Source of the DNA: a bacterium
Lineage (GTDB): Bacteria > Patescibacteriota > Patescibacteriia > UBA9570
Length of the DNA stretch: 64,000 nt
NCBI GenBank assembly: GCA_030698395.1
Contig: JAUYKW010000018.1
Coordinates: 44,726-108,725 of the forward strand
Reading direction: 5' to 3'
In this document: in pieces, positions 63,968-64,000 of the stretch
How the letters are laid out: the number at the start of each line of letters is the position of its first letter
Position numbering within the stretch: position 1 is the first letter of the stretch
Made by a program: the position numbers and the translations under genes
Notes under the pieces: generated by a model
Database searches by the model: none
What the model was told of the DNA's origin: nothing
Seen by the model: the letters and a program-made list of their open reading frames with translations, nothing else

Positions 63968-64000
63968 AATTACAAATAACGGATAGAAAAGTAGCGACAT

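Noticed and set aside
1-64000. Alternative genetic code (UGA recoding, as in some candidate phyla).
   Set aside because: Conserved proteins are full length under the standard code. TGA ends well-defined genes (for example the stops at 32179-32181, 40304-40306 and 36612-36614 on the minus strand), so the standard code fits.
1-64000. CRISPR arrays, tRNA/rRNA genes, IS elements, integrases and prophage genes.
   Set aside because: I saw no regularly spaced repeats, no tRNA-like GC-rich 70-90 nt islands in any spacer, and no recombinase or transposase motifs in any ORF. A cmscan/tRNAscan run would be the definitive check.

Overview
The window is an AT-rich, gene-dense bacterial chromosome segment. 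My spot counts give about 30-33% G+C in ordinary genes. Intergenic spacers are short, there are several ATGA/TGATG stop-start overlaps, and many starts lack a Shine-Dalgarno sequence. The gene content (murD/murI, RNase J, a bacterial Elp3, compact housekeeping proteins) fits a small-genome, possibly CPR/Patescibacteria-like organism, but that is inference only.

All product calls come from motifs I recognised by eye in the supplied translations. No homology search was possible.

Layout:
1. 1-1681: uvrA (5' end, read by hand on the minus strand) divergent from a short uvrC.
2. 1671-8093: a block without recognisable families, lying between uvrC and pcrA. It holds two apparently paralogous disordered/coiled-coil proteins, a Lys-rich membrane-anchored protein, and a sharp-edged ~1.2 kb GC-rich island (about 5836-7080). 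The island has a near-consensus promoter, a ~150 nt structured leader, one orphan 322-aa gene with an internal domain duplication, and a nested 3' hairpin element. This island is the strongest candidate for something new.
3. 8139-28958: housekeeping genes. These are pcrA, a Hanks-type kinase, secG, an orphan family-5 SBP, rnj, trpS, murD, murI, an ABC-2 exporter, gpmI, PMM/PGM, a beta-helix repeat membrane protein, a methyltransferase, elp3-like, glyA and ychF.
4. 28962-57586: a ~28.6 kb surface-glycan locus. It contains GT2/GT4 enzymes, four large polytopic GT-C-like proteins, GtrA, gmd-fcl, a DegT/cupin/GNAT amino-sugar module, a UDP-GlcA-epimerase-like gene, two sulfotransferases, an FkbM methyltransferase and Wzm/Wzt.
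5. 57817-63967: rpsF-ssb-rpsR-efp, pyk and ppsA.

I recognised no rRNA, tRNA, CRISPR array, transposase or integrase.
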